From the NCBI GenBank assembly GCA_965221895.1, contig CBDCSX010000002.1:2356615-2420614 (forward strand): DNA of 64,000 bases, read 5' to 3'. Below, one piece after another: positions 12,001-21,500 of the stretch (positions are counted from its first letter, which is position 1; the number at the start of each line of letters is the position of its first letter). Source of the stretch: Dehalococcoidia bacterium. Its GTDB lineage: Bacteria; Chloroflexota; Dehalococcoidia; Lucifugimonadales; GCA-2712585. Below the pieces are notes generated by a model. That model saw only the letters and a program-made list of their open reading frames with translations. It had not been told where the DNA came from and did no database searches. Both the position numbers and the translations under genes were made by a program.

Positions 12001-12324
12001 GCCACGCCCACGGCGCCCACGGCGCCGCCGGTTACGCCCGTGCCGCCGGACGCAATCACTAACCTCGAGGTGACCCCAGGGTGGTCCAAACTGGGGCTCA
12101 CCTGGAACATGCCGGACATGACGGGCAAACCGCCCATCACCCACTATGAGGTGCAGTACAAGCTGAGCATCGACAAATACTGGGGTGATTTCCCCCACGA
12201 CAGCACGGTCAGGAGGGTCACGATTGACTTCCTCGGCGGAGGCCTCTCCTATGACGTGCGGGTGCGGGCCGTCAACTCCGCGGGGAGTAGCGACTGGGTG
12301 TCGTCGAGCGGCACGACCAAGTAG
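1..12324 (+). CDS. Giant secreted/cell-surface repeat protein, 5' partial (GLUG-type beta-solenoid modules + cadherin-like + FN3 repeats)
   Basis: Frame 1 is open from nt 1 (GVIRNLGLVNATVTAKSVVG precedes the first start in the ORF track), so the gene continues upstream. Stop TAG at 12322-12324. The translation shows VGGLVG/GLUG-type repeats. By my manual count it has about 22 cadherin-like units (RSVAEN..ATDPD..LTY..LDYE..TVT.VNEAP) and 6 FN3-like units (W.AP.MTGKP.TGY...Y.VRVRA.N..G.S.W). There is no C-terminal hydrophobic anchor. Confidence 0.9.
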   Translation, partial: GVIRNLGLVNATVTAKSVVGPLAGLVAGTVESSYVTGSVTGSGNNVGGLVGSVPAGGRVLRSYTTASVSSSGTSVGGLAGFLGGTIKASYAAGNISGSGASVGGLVGEVNRGTVTASYARGEVQGANLVGGLVGRQRGSETVTNSYWDVTTSSIADDNDPETGVGKTTSELQAPTQTDGYAGIYANWNLDLDGDSNTDDDPWDFGTGSEYPALKVEWDGDNTPSAYEFGRQGRSAPAAPVQPPANAPPTFNAGYNASPNIAEGATAVGSYAATDPDSDSLTYAVTGTDAGEFAISGLGVLTLNNAANHETKEDYSISVTVHDGKNAAGSADTTVDITLAITVTVDDTLEPPTVPTSVGIVLAVNGLTVSWTAPVMPPTYPPLSDYDVQHRVRTSADGDSVTWGAWVAFAHVGTGTTAAITGLAAGSTYEVQVQAKNAEGSSPWTAAVNGVPAAPVGVNVDYDMDNDSFIEVRTLAQLNAIRWDLDADGAPVTANANDYALAFAGAVADMGCPDTDSDAATPNCLGYELEADLTFDENGDGQMTEAGDPTYWNGGLGWDPIGGNGSPFVAGKEFQGNGHTISNLFIDRPTENFVGLFGNLEGSISKVGLELVSVHGQDKVGALVGLNEGEVYWSYAAGILVQGRNRVGGLVGENGWRDGGSSNAGLIRGSYSTVNVIGNEEVGGLTGYNNRNSEVTASYAQGGSVSGSEKVGGLVGAAFRGSIQQSYAAAQIRGGKKRFHPLQGYNEGNTNNTPVTDSYGDHTIFGRLVTNFGKTTSELRTPAQTGGYAGIYANWNVDVDGDSNPDDPWDFGTSTEYPALKVDFNGDGAATVHEFGSQGRLPPVVQFSNEKPAFDDGQSTTRTIAENALAGAAVGAPVSATDPDKDRLTYRLVGTDGANFTIDETTGQIRVRTVLDYETTTSYTVIIETLDGEDDKGIPDSYFDAGVDDTITVTITVLNDAAETGSGSVDYDTDGNGLIEVDSLAKLNAMRWDMNGDGGFTHADYLTAFPTPEEGMGCPTVDHDLDGGAAGAAARVAAGGADGSYTAPQFTCKGYELTDDLTFDENTDGAITSADAAYWDGGEGWEPIGDDAKEDDAQRYNAVFEGGGHSISRLFINRPGSDYAGLFGAIGPHGSIRNVALLDADVTGRRSVGALAGMAYGITARVYATGSVSGSKAGGLAGELGGYVSTSYSNVAVSGSGNYVGGLVGLAQHAAVIKASYARGAVAGGSHDFVGALVGSNDGSITASYAVGLVSGTGGDRGGLVGANRRGTITDSYWDVTTTGIAGDSDAATGVGKTTSDLQTPTAYGSGSDIYANWNLNLDGDANTDDDPWDFGTTSEYPVLKVDFDNDKAPTFAEFGAQPRSALTPAQVTNGQPVFPAIIAAFTPAEGQTAAGTVPAATDPDNDSLTYEMMSGASDGDHALFNFNAGTRELTFKTAPDYEFPPLGKTTYTVKIRVRDSKNAVGTADTAWDTTATVTINLQKAVAGANGKPVFPVIDAFEPDENQTAVGTIPQATDPENDSLTYEMMSDAGDGDHALFTFVPGTRVLTFKAAPNYEATPTKTTYTVKIRVRDSLNAGGTADTGWDDTVTVTINLQNVNEAPTFGVVGPYTPDENQTAVGTIPVATDPDAGATLTYEMMMGAGDGDHALFTFVPGTRVLTFKTAPNFENPPLSKTTYTVKIRVRDSLNAGGTADTGWDDTVTVTINLQNVNEAPTFGVVGPYTPDENQTAVGTIPVATDPDAGATLTYEMMMGAGDGDHALFTFVPGTRVLTFKTAPNFENPPLSKTTYTVKIRVRDSLNAGGTADTGWDDTVTVTINLQNVNEAPTFGVVGPYTPDENQTAVGTIPVATDPDAGATLTYEMMMGAGDGDHALFTFVPGTRVLTFKTAPNFENPPLSKTTYTVKIRVRDSLNAGGTADTGWDDTVTVTINLQNVNEAPTFGVVGPYTPDENQTAVGTIPVATDPDAGATLTYEMMMGAGDGDHALFTFVPGTRVLTFKTAPNFENPPLSKTTYTVKIRVRDSLNAGGTADTGWDDTVTVTINLQNVNEAPTFGVVGPYTPDENQTAVGTIPVATDPDAGATLTYEMMMGAGDGDHALFTFVPGTRALTFKNAPNFEAKDSYTVSIQVRDSLNAAGVGDTAWDDTVVVTINLQDVNEEPEFMSPATTDVDGNPVPPAPIATDTRSFREDAAADAAIGAPVAATDPDTEVDPLDTLTYALAASGDHASFAIDTATGQLKTKAGVTYDYEAKDTYTVTVTVHDGKNAAAAVDAAVDATIDVTINVTDALERWTPPTNMHIDVVTLANRIRVTWTAPAAADNTGKPALTGYKVEWRQKYSANAAWAPDWVDFPRSGLGTTTDITTYTVNAADGTPTTHTVATGGGRIHEVRVCSLNEDGAKSADNPKAEQCGSWTGNALPAFTEGTEASRSVAENTAANTDIGLPVGAADSDAGDTLVYSMTQGTHSAKFTIDTATGQLKTKDPLDHETAGSYDVYVKVNDGNNGIDGIMVTITVTDVNEPPAFDDGAGPTTRSVSEGAAAGDAIGDPVEATDPDTKADPLDTLTYALDTTTGDHANFEIDTGTGQLKVKDALDYETKSSYTVTVQVRDSLSAAGVADTVWDDTIVVNISVGDVNEAPVFTAGAGPLNRSVAENAGANANVGLPVPATDVDDGDSVTLSMSGTGANLFSIDSNGQIKAKASLDYETAVSYAITVTATDTSSATDTILVNISVTDVDEPPTAPTGVEAGGIANGLRVTWTAPVMTNKPALEGYDVEYALRTAVAVGATPATWGAATTSAIGVVEAYEITGLTPDSTYRVRVRAENGEGKGTWSSYVNGVPNEPPLINAAPSFSDGASTTRSVAENTAAGTAIGNPLTATDADAGDTLVYAIDGATGDYAHFAIDTGTGQLKAKGALDYESGTTSYSITVTVSDGSGGADSIDVTITVTNVNEKPAFPAGAQTLTPNENQTAAGTVTAATDPEGDTLTYRMLPDTGDDDSFNFNAGTRTLTFKTAPDFEAKDTYTVSIQVKDSKNAAGAASLTWDATVVVTVDVQDVSERPSAPTGLGVLAAANGLRVSWTAPDMTGKPPVTGYKLHYSRRDFAAGPGQWGNWVDHAHAGTGTSTTITGLTAGDTYRVQVRAANDDGDGSWTSPDTGVPTAPPVSNAVPVFTDGASTTRSVAENTAAGTNIGLPIAATDADAGDTLVYAIDATTGDHGHFAIDWASGQLKTKSALDYESNNRYTVVVTVSDGNGGTDSITVTIDVTDVANETPGVVPPQANRAPAFDEGSSASRSVAENTASGQDIGLPLAATDPDSDSLSYALGGTDSGHFALSGNRLRTSGALDYEGKSSYLVTVTVSDGRGGTDTIAVTITVTNVDEAPTVTPTPVAPTGTLAFDKVGVARRTVDAYAPVGTAVGAPVTATVSAGMAGPFYSVYTRSSPFTVDRLTGQLRTARKLGPADEYTIQLLATDGKGRLDVIGVIITVTGGRANRDPVFREGASATRSVVAGSSRGVRVGRPVTATDPDGDALFYMVSGADSSHFSIGSGSGQIKVGRPLTKSSYSFEVVVGDLKGGVDVLDITITVTAVDAPPVATTPTPTPNRAPSFDEGAGASRSVAENTPAGRNIGLPLAATDPDSDSLTYALGGTDSGHFVLSGNRLRTSGALDYEGVKNSYAVTVTVSDGRGGTDTIDVTITVTNVNEAPVVAPPPANRAPSFDEGASASRSVAENTPAGTDIGLPLAATDPDGDSLTYALSGTDSGHFALSGNQLRTSGDYAGVKSSYSVTVYVSDGRGGTDSIDVTVTVINVDEAPVEPTPQANRAPSFDEGANTTRSVAENTEAGQDIGLPLAATDPDSDSLTYALSGADSGHFALSGNRLQTSGALDYEGQNSYSVTVNVSDGNGGSDTTAVTITVTNVNEPPGALPGLAVFEEVNGIRVSWSAPDMTGKPPITGYDVQYKLVTATDWNNHSHSGTGTTIQGLTAGSTYNVRVRAKNDEGHSVWASAQATPTAPTAPPVTPVPPDAITNLEVTPGWSKLGLTWNMPDMTGKPPITHYEVQYKLSIDKYWGDFPHDSTVRRVTIDFLGGGLSYDVRVRAVNSAGSSDWVSSSGTTK
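4684..6315 (+). repeat. Near-perfect 336-bp (112-aa) tandem array, ~4.9 units, inside giant gene 1
   Basis: Five identical antisense ORFs in the track start at 4692, 5028, 5364, 5700 and 6036, spaced 336 bp apart. The unit NVNEAPTFGVVGPYTPDENQ...TVTVTINLQ occurs 4 times identically in the translation, plus partial flanking copies. The only difference I found is a synonymous third-position change: G at 4803/5139/5475 versus T at 5811/6147. Confidence 0.95.
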
Positions 12325-12368
12325 CGGGGCCGCGAAAAAAAGTCGAACGTTGGGGGCAGGGGATCCGC

Positions 12369-12450
12369 TGGGCGTGCCCAGCCGGGCCCGTAGCGGGGTG
12401 GGTGTATACTGAGGGTATGCCCGCCCCCTTGGGCGTGCCCAGCCGGGCCC
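12369..12450. repeat. Pair of perfect 21-bp direct repeats (TGGGCGTGCCCAGCCGGGCCC) in the intergenic region between the giant genes
   Basis: Copies at 12369-12389 and 12430-12450. They are bracketed by GAACGTTGGGGG at about 12344 and about 12461. Confidence 0.85.
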
Positions 12451-12565
12451 CTGTTGCACGGAACGTTGGGGGGGCAATCACGGCGGCAGCAGGACGGGGA
12501 CCACCTCAGGTCTCACGGGAAATTGTTGCGGTGGCGAACTTGACAATGTGGAGTAGCCCAACAAG

Positions 12566-15500
12566 ATGAACCCCTGCTTTCGCCGGGTTAGTGGTGCAGG
12601 ACGCCGGGGATTAGCGGGCTTCGGTCTCCTTCTGGCGGCTCTGGCCGTTGCAACGATGCTGCTCTCTCAATCCCCGGCGGCAGCACAGGATGCCGTTGCT
12701 GACTACGACGCCGACGGCGACGGTCTCATAGACGTGGGCAAGCTGGAGCAGCTCAGCGCAATCCGTTGGGATCTCGACGGCGACGGCGCGCCGGAACCGG
12801 CCAATGCCGCTGACTACCAAGCCGCCTTCCCCAGCCCCGTTCCGGGGATGGGTTGTCCAGATACCGACAGCGCCCCCGACACACCCAGCTGTATTGGGTA
12901 CGAGCTGGCAGGGGACCTCGACTTCCAGGACGACTCCAGCTACACAACCGCGTCCAACAAAACCGGTTGGACTCCTGGCATCTCTATTTTCAGTCCCAGC
13001 GCGGGCTGGGAGCCCATCGGCGCCGATACCGGGAAGTTCAGCGCTGCCTTCAAGGGCAACGGCCGCATCATTTCGAACCTGTACATCAATCGCCCCGCCA
13101 CCGACTATATCGGCCTGTTTGGCGCTATCGATGCCTCCGCGGAGGTTAACGGCGTGCGCTTGAGCGGCGGCACGGTGTTGGGGCAGAACTACACCGGCAG
13201 CCTGGCCGGGTCGAACGAGGGCAAAGTCAGCGAGTCCCACTCCACGACCGGCGTAACAGGAGGGGCAGACGGTGGGCACGCCGGTGGTCTGGTGGGGCTG
13301 AGTAGCGGGAGCGGCGCGCTCATCGAAAAGAGCGCTTACCTGGGCAGGGTGAGCGGCTCTGGCAATGGGGTGAACGTGGGCGGGCTGGCCGGCGCTGCTA
13401 TGGGCGGCGCCGTCAGCGACTCCCACGCCGCCGGCAGCGTCACCAGCACGGAAAGCGCTGGGGATGCGGCCATAGGCGGCCTGATCGGACACCTTGGAGA
13501 AGAAGGCGGCTCATCGGCCACGGTCAGCAGGAGCTATGCCACCGGCCTGGTGACGGCCGCTGTGACCACCGGGACCGCAAGCGTGGGCGGCTTGATTGGA
13601 AGCGTTGCGGCGGACGCTGCTGCCGTCGACAGCTACTGGGACACGGCAACAGCGGCCCAGGCCGCCAGCGCGGCCGGTGGCGGGAAGACCACCGCGGAAC
13701 TGCAGACCCCCACCACCGCCGGCGGCATCTATCAGAACTGGGACGCCAATGTGTGGGACTTTGGGACAACCGCCCAGTATCCGGCGTTGAAGGTGGACTC
13801 CAACGGCGACGGGATGGCCGGCGTGGCGGAGCTCGGCCCCCAGGTGCGCGCCTTCGCGGATTACGACGTGGACGATGACGGGCTCATCGAAGTCGCCACG
13901 CTTGACCAGTTGAATGCCCTACGCTGGGACCTGGACGGTGACGGCACGACGACGGCAGCGGGTTACGTCGAGACCTTCCCCTCCGGCATCAACGATATGG
14001 GTTGCCCCACTGCGGGCTGCACTGGGTACGAGCTAACGCGGAGCCTGGACTTCGATGATGCCGCCAGCTATGGGGATCAGTCGAACAAGAGCAAGTGGAC
14101 ATCCGGCCGCGGCTGGCTCCCCATCGGGGACAGCAGCGCCGGCAATTTCGCCGCCACCTTCCACGGCGGCGGAAACACGATTTCCAACCTGTTCATCGAC
14201 CGCCCCGAAGTTGAGTACGTTGGGCTCTTCGGGAATACCCACAGGGACACGGAGATTCGGAACGTCGGGCTGATCGGTGGGCGAGTCATCGGCGGATTCT
14301 ACGTTGGTGCTCTCGTGGCGCACAACCAGGGCGCCTTGAGCGCCGCATACTCCACCGCCAATGTGATCGGGGTGGGGAAGACCACCTACGTGACTAAGTC
14401 GGAGGCCGGCCTCAGGGTTAGGACCCCAGCGGGGAAGACCAGCTACGTGGGTGGGCTGGTGGGCGCCAACTCCGGCGCCATCGAAAGCAGCTACGCCCAA
14501 GGCGATGTTACCGCAGAGTCCATAGAACGGGGCACAGCCGGCGGGCTGGTGGGTAGCAGCAACAGAACGGTTACCGACTCTTACGCCACCGGAACAGTGA
14601 CGGTAGAAGCAAGCGAATTGGTGATCGCGGGAGGACTGATAGGACTCAACCACCGGGCCATCGTCAACAGCTACGCCACTGGCGCAGTCGTGGGAGCCGG
14701 GTTCAAGGTGGGCGGGTTGGTGGGACATGGCAACGGCGCCGCGGCCAACAGCTACTGGGACACCGTCACCAGCGGTCGGGCCGCCAGCCGAATGGGCGAA
14801 GGGAAAACCACCCGCGAACTGAGAACGCCCACCACCCACGCCGGCATCTACGCCAACTGGAACGCCGACACCGACAACGCAGACAACGACGGTGACACAG
14901 CCACGGGCCGGGAGGTGGTATGGGACTTTGGGACCAACATCCAGTATCCGGCGTTGGCATTGGACTTTGACGGGGACGGCAACGTCACCGCGGCGGAATT
15001 CAATGCCCGCGGGGCCCAGCCGCCCGTGGAGTTTCTGGACGGCACCGCGGCTCCCCGCAGCGTCCTCGAGGATACGCCCGCCGCCCAAGACATCGGCGCG
15101 CCGGTGGGCGCGGTCGACGCCGATGGCGACGCGTTGACGTATACCATGAACGGCGCGGACGCGGGCCACTTCACCATCGACGCCAACACTGGCCAGTTGC
15201 AGACCAGGGACCCGGTGGACTACGAGACCACGAGTTCCTACTCCCTCACCGTAACGGCCAGCGATGGCAGCGGCAACACCAAAGACATCCCGGTAACCAT
15301 TCAAGTGATTGATGACGCCATCGACTATGACACAGATGACGATGGCCTCATTGAGATAGATACCCTAACCGAGCTCCACGCCATCCGCTGGGACCTGAGC
15401 GGCAACGGGCTGCCGGCGCCTGCCCATGCCGCCTTGTATCTCGCCACGTTCCCCAACCCCGTCATCTACATGGGCTGTCCCACCGACGACACCACTGACG

Positions 15501-18500
15501 CAAATGGGGATGGAAATTACGTCGACCGTACCGACGATGCGGACCCGAATGACTGCACAGGGTATGAGCTGACCGCCGATTTGGACTTCGATGAGAACGG
15601 CGACAAGGCGATAACCGACGCAGACAGCGCCTGGTGGAACGGTGGAAGCGGCTGGGAGCCCATCGGCGGCGGGGACGACAAGTTCGGCGGTGTTTTCGAC
15701 GGTGGCGGCAACACCATAGCCAACCTGTACATCAACCGCAGCAGCGCCGACGACATCGGGCTGTTTGGCGCGACCGACACGACGGCTGAAATCCGCAACG
15801 TGGGGCTTGAGGGCGGCAGCGTGACGGGCCAAACCAACGTGGGGAGCCTCGTGGGAACCCACGAGGGCAAGCTGAGCTCTGTTTACTCCACCGCTTCCGT
15901 GAGCGGCGCGGCAGAAAATGGCTATGCAGGCGGCCTGGTGGGGGCGCTCAAGAACAGCAACGTGGGTCTGCACCACGCCATTATAGAAAAGAGCTACTTC
16001 GCCGGCGAGGCCGCCGCTGCAGGGAGCGGCAGCGCCGTCGGCGGGCTGGCCGGCGGCAACCTTGGCGACCATATCGGCGGACTGATCCGTGATTCGTATT
16101 CCACGGGCACGGTTTCCAACAATGAGACCACCGGACCGAGTATGGCCGGCGGGTTGGTCGGCAACAACTTGGGGAAGATAAGCACCAGCTACGCCACCGG
16201 CGTGGTGACGGGCGCCTTTGCTGTCGGCGGACTCACCGGGCGCAACACCGGCGTTATCGTCAGCTTTACCCCAAGCTTCTACGACAAGATCACCACCGGC
16301 CAGAGCGGCGGCCCGGAAGCCAAGACCACCCGGGAGATGCGAACGCCGTTCGGCACATCCTGGAGCGACAAAGGCATTTTCCGGTCATGGTCGCGAAGCT
16401 GGGACCTGGGGACAAACATCGAGTATCCGGCCCTCATGGCAGACTACGATGGCGACGGCATGGCGACGTGGCAGGAGTTCGGAGACCAGCGCCAGCCCGC
16501 CCCTCCCCTCGAGTTCCTCGACGGCACAGCCGCCTTCCGCACCGTTCCGGAGGGCGCCGCTTCGGGGCAAGCCATAGACCCGCCCGTCGACGCAAAAGAC
16601 GCAGACGGAGACGCGCTGACCTATGCCTTGAGCGGCGCCGACCAGGGCCATTTCGCCATCGTCGCAGGCAGCGGCCAGCTGCAGACGTCGGGTTCGCTCG
16701 ATCGGGCAGTCAAAACCTCCTACGAGGTGACCGTCACCGTCGCTGATGGCAATGGCAATTCGCGCAGCATCCCGGTTTCCATCACCGTGACGGCCCCGCT
16801 CGTGGCGCCAAACCCGCGGAACAAGCCGCCGGCATTCAGCAGACGCGGTGACAGCCGGAACATCGCCGAGAACGTTCCGCAAGACACCGCCGTCGGGGCG
16901 CCGGTCGTTGCCGTCGACCCGGATGGCGACACGCTCACCTACACGCTCAGACCGCTTCAAGCCGATGCCCACGCCGAATACTTCAGCATCGCGTTCGACA
17001 CCGGGCAGTTGCGCACGAACGCCCCGTTGGACTACGAGACCAGGAACTCGTACCTGATGTTTGTGACGGCCACCGATGGCAACGGCGCCACCGACACCGT
17101 ACGGATATACGTCTACGTGAACGACGTAACCGTGGAGGGGCAACTGCCGGATGAAATTGTCGGCGATTACGACCGCGACAACGACGGCCTGATTGAGATA
17201 ACGAACCTGGAACAACTCGACGCCATCCGCTATGACCTCAATGGATCTGGAATCGGCGACGGCGGCGCGGGGAAGGCAGGTTTCAACCCCGCTTTCCCCA
17301 ACCCCGTCGCATCAATAGGGCCGGCGCACATCGGCTGCGCACGCAGCGACGGTACGGCTTCGGTGTGCCGGGGCTTCGAGTTGACCAGAGACCTGGACTT
17401 CAATGACGACGAAAGCTACGCCGACCCAGCGGCCCACAGGGAGGCTTGGACATCGGGCGCAGGCTGGCAGCCGATTGGGACACTGAGCAGGGCGTTCACC
17501 GCCATTTTCGAGGGCAACGGCAAGACTATATCCAACCTGTTCATCAACCGCCCCACCGGAACGCATATCGGACTATTCGGGCGCCTTACAAAAACCAGCC
17601 CAATCCGCAGATTAGGATTAGTGGGCGGCAGCGTGACTGGGTTAACCAACGTTGGAAGTTTTGCCGGGTCGAGTCAACGCACATATCGACCGAGCCAACC
17701 AAACAACGGCGGCATCTATAAGTCTTACTCCTCAGTAGACGTCACCGGCGGCCCGGGTTTCGAGGCCCGTGTTGGCGGCATGATCGGGCTCCTCCACGAG
17801 GGCAGGGTAATGGAGAAGTGCTATTACACCGGCACCGTGCGCGGGTCCGGCGCAAACAGCGAAGTGGGAGGCTTGGTTGGCGCCAGCAACGGCAGCGTCA
17901 ACGACTGTTACTTCGCCGGCGACGTAGAAAACACTCAGGATAGCGCAAACAACCTCCTGGGCGGCTTGGTGGGAAAGAACTTGGTTGCCGCGGCTATACG
18001 GGACAGCTACTCGATAGGCCGCACAGCCCAGAGTACGGTATCGGATTCCGGCGGAGGCCTCACCGGTCACAACGACAGCGCATCGGTCCACAACAGCTAC
18101 TGGAACACGGAGACCACCGGTCAAGCCGTTTCCAGGAAGGGCGCCGGGGACGGGGCTGGCGAGGGCAAGACCACCGCCGAGCTGCAGTCGCCCACCGGTC
18201 TTACCGGTCCCTACGAACGGTGGAACAACGAGCACCGTGGAGCAGTCTGGGACTTTGGCGCCGACGATCAGTATCCCGCATTGGTGGTGGACTTCGATGG
18301 CGACGGCACGCCCACGGTCTCCGAATTCGGCCGGCAGAGGCGGGCCGTCGAAGCGGCGAACGGACCGCCAACCTTCGACGAGGGGGCGACGGCGACGCGC
18401 GAGGTGGTGGAGAACACCGACGCCGACGCCGCCATCGGCAACCCCCTCTCCGCCACCGACCCCGACGCGGGCGCATCGCTAACCTATGGCCTTGAGGCGT

Positions 18501-21500
18501 CGGACGACCACGTCCACTTCGCCATAGACACCGCCACCGGGCAGCTGAAGACCAAGGCGGGAGTAACCTACGACTACGAGACGAAGGACACCTACACCGT
18601 CACGGTGACCGTGCATAACGGCAAGAACGCCGCGGGCGCCGCGGACGCCACCGTGGACGACACCATCGACGTGACCATCAACGTAACGGACGCGAGCGAG
18701 CGGTGGACCCCGCCCACCGGTCTGACCATCGATGGGAGAGCGGAGCCCGGCACGTTCAAGGTCCGTTGGACGGCGCCCGCGGCGGCGGACAACACGGGCA
18801 AGCCGGCCCTCACCGGCTACAAAGTGCAGTGGAGGCAGAAGCTCAACGCCATCCTCCCCTGGGCGCCGGACTGGATCGACTTCCCGCACACGGGCCTCGG
18901 CGTGACCGCCGTTATCACCGGCAGCACTGCTACGGATGGCACCGTATATACCATTACCGGCCGTTCCGGCTCGCGCATATCGGCGGTGCGGGTGTGCTCC
19001 CTGAACACGGACGGGGCGAAGCACACGGAGGATCCGAAGGTGGAACAGTGCGGGGCCTGGATCGGCAACGCCGTGCCGGCTTTCGCGGAACCCATAACTG
19101 CGTCGCGCAGCGTGGCGGAGAACAGCCCCCCCAACACCAACATCGGCCCGCCCGTCGTGGCCGTGGACACCGACGCAGGGGACACCCTGGTCTACTCGTT
19201 GATCAAGTTGACCAAAGAGACACACAGCGCGAGGTTCACGATAGACAGCGCCACCGGCCAGCTGAAGACCAAGGCCCCGCTGGACCACGAGGGGGTGAAG
19301 AATTCCTACCTCCTCGAGGTGAACGTGAGCGACGGCAACAACGGCGCGAACAGCATCCTCGTCCTCATCACGGTCACCGACGTGAACGAGCCGCCGGAGT
19401 TCATGTCCGCCGCCTACACGGACCCTGACGGAAACCCGGTGCTCCCGGCGCCCATCGCCACGGCCACGCGGAGCTTCCGGGAGGATGCGGCGGCGGACGC
19501 GGCCATCGGCGGTCCCGTCGCGGCCACAGACCCCGACACCAAAGCCGACCCCAGGGACACGCTGACCTATGCGCTGGACACCTCGTCCGGGGACCATGCG
19601 TCCTTCACGATAGACACCGCCACCGGGCAGCTGAAGACCAAGGCGGGAGTGACCTACAACTACGAGGCGGTCAAGAACTCCTACACCGTCACCGTGCAGG
19701 TGCGCGACAGCAAGAACGCCAACGGCGACGCCGACACCGCGTGGGACGCCACCATCGAGGTGACGATCACCGTGACCGACGTCAACGAGCCCCCAACCTT
19801 CACCGACGGGGTCAGCAAGCGCATCTCGGTGAAGGAGGGCGCCACATCCGCGGGAATCGTGGCCGCCACCGACCCCGAGGATGACATGCTGACCTACGCC
19901 CTGGACACCACAACCGGCGACCACGCCGACTTCACCATCGTCCCCGGCACGGGCGCGTTGACCCTCAACGTTCCGGCGAGTTTCAGCAAGCTCAGCTACA
20001 CCGTCGTCATCCAGGTGCGCGATAGCTTGAACGCCGCCGGCGCTGGCGACACCGTGTGGGACGCCACCATTGAGGTGACGATCACCGTAACCAACGTGAA
20101 CGATCCGCCAACCTTCAACGAGGGGCCGACGGCGACGCGCGAGGTGGCGGAGAACACGGTGGCCGAAACCGCCATAGGGAACCCGATAGCGGCCACTGAG
20201 GTAGATACGCGCGACACCCTCGTCTACAGTCTGGCCGCAACCAGCGACTACGCCCACTTCGCCATCGACACCGGCACCGGGCAATTGAAGACGGGTGGCG
20301 CGCTGAACTACGAGGCGGCCAAGAACACCTACACCGTCACGGTGCAGGTGAGCGACGGCAAGGACGCCGACGACAACCCCGACGTCAGCGTCGATGACAG
20401 CATCGCCGTGACGATCACCGTCACCGACGTGAACGAGCCGCCGGACAGGCCATCGACGCCGACCGTTTCGGCGGCTTCGGCCAGCAGCCTGACCGTGAGG
20501 TGGAGCGCCCCGGCGAACACCGGCCCGGCGATCACGGGCTACGACTACCGGTACAAGAAGACTTCGGAGAACAGTTGGATCGAGGTCACCGGCGGCTCGG
20601 CGAGCGCTCTCTTGACGGCCGTCATCGCGTCGCTCGACGGCGGCACATCCTATGACGTGCAGGTGCGGGCAACCAATCCCGAGGGCACTGGCCGCTGGTC
20701 CCCCACTACCAGCGCCACCACCGGGACCGTCGCGCCCGAGGCTGTCGACGACCTTGCGGCCACGGCGACGAGCGCCAGCGCCATCAACCTCGCCTGGACG
20801 GCGCCCGGCGACGGCGGCAGCGCCATCACCCGCTACCGACTGGAACGGAAGACGGGGGGCGGGAGCTTCTCCCCCGTCTCGTCGAGCATCGCGGCGGACG
20901 CCACGAGCCATACAGACAGCGGCCTGAACGCCGGGACAACCTACACCTACCGGATACGCGCGGTGAACGCCGTGGGCAACGGGGGCTGGTCCAGCGAGGC
21001 CAGCGCCACTACCGGGAGCACCATGCCGGGAGCGCCAACCAGCCTGGGAGCGGCGGCCAACGGGCAGACGCAGATCGATCTCTCGTGGACGGCCCCGTCC
21101 AGCGACGGCGGCGCAGCCATTTCCGGCTACAAGATTGAGGTGTCCGACGACGGCGGCACGAGCTGGGCGAATCTGGTCACCAACACCAGCTCCGCCGCGA
21201 CGACGTACCGCCACACCGGCCTGACCGCCGACGCGACGCGGCACTACCGCGTGTCGGCGATCAACGCGGCGGGCACGGGCGCCGCCTCCAGCGCGGCCAG
21301 CGCCACCACGGCCGCTCCCGACGTGCCGGGAGCGCCGACGGGTCTGGGAGCGACGGCAAACGGCCAGACGCGGATCAACCTCACGTGGACGGCGCCCGGC
21401 GACGGCGGCAGCGCCATCACCCGCTACCGACTGGAACGGAAGACGGCATCCGGGAGCTACAGCGTCGTCTCGTCGAGCATCGCGGCCAACGCTACGAGCT

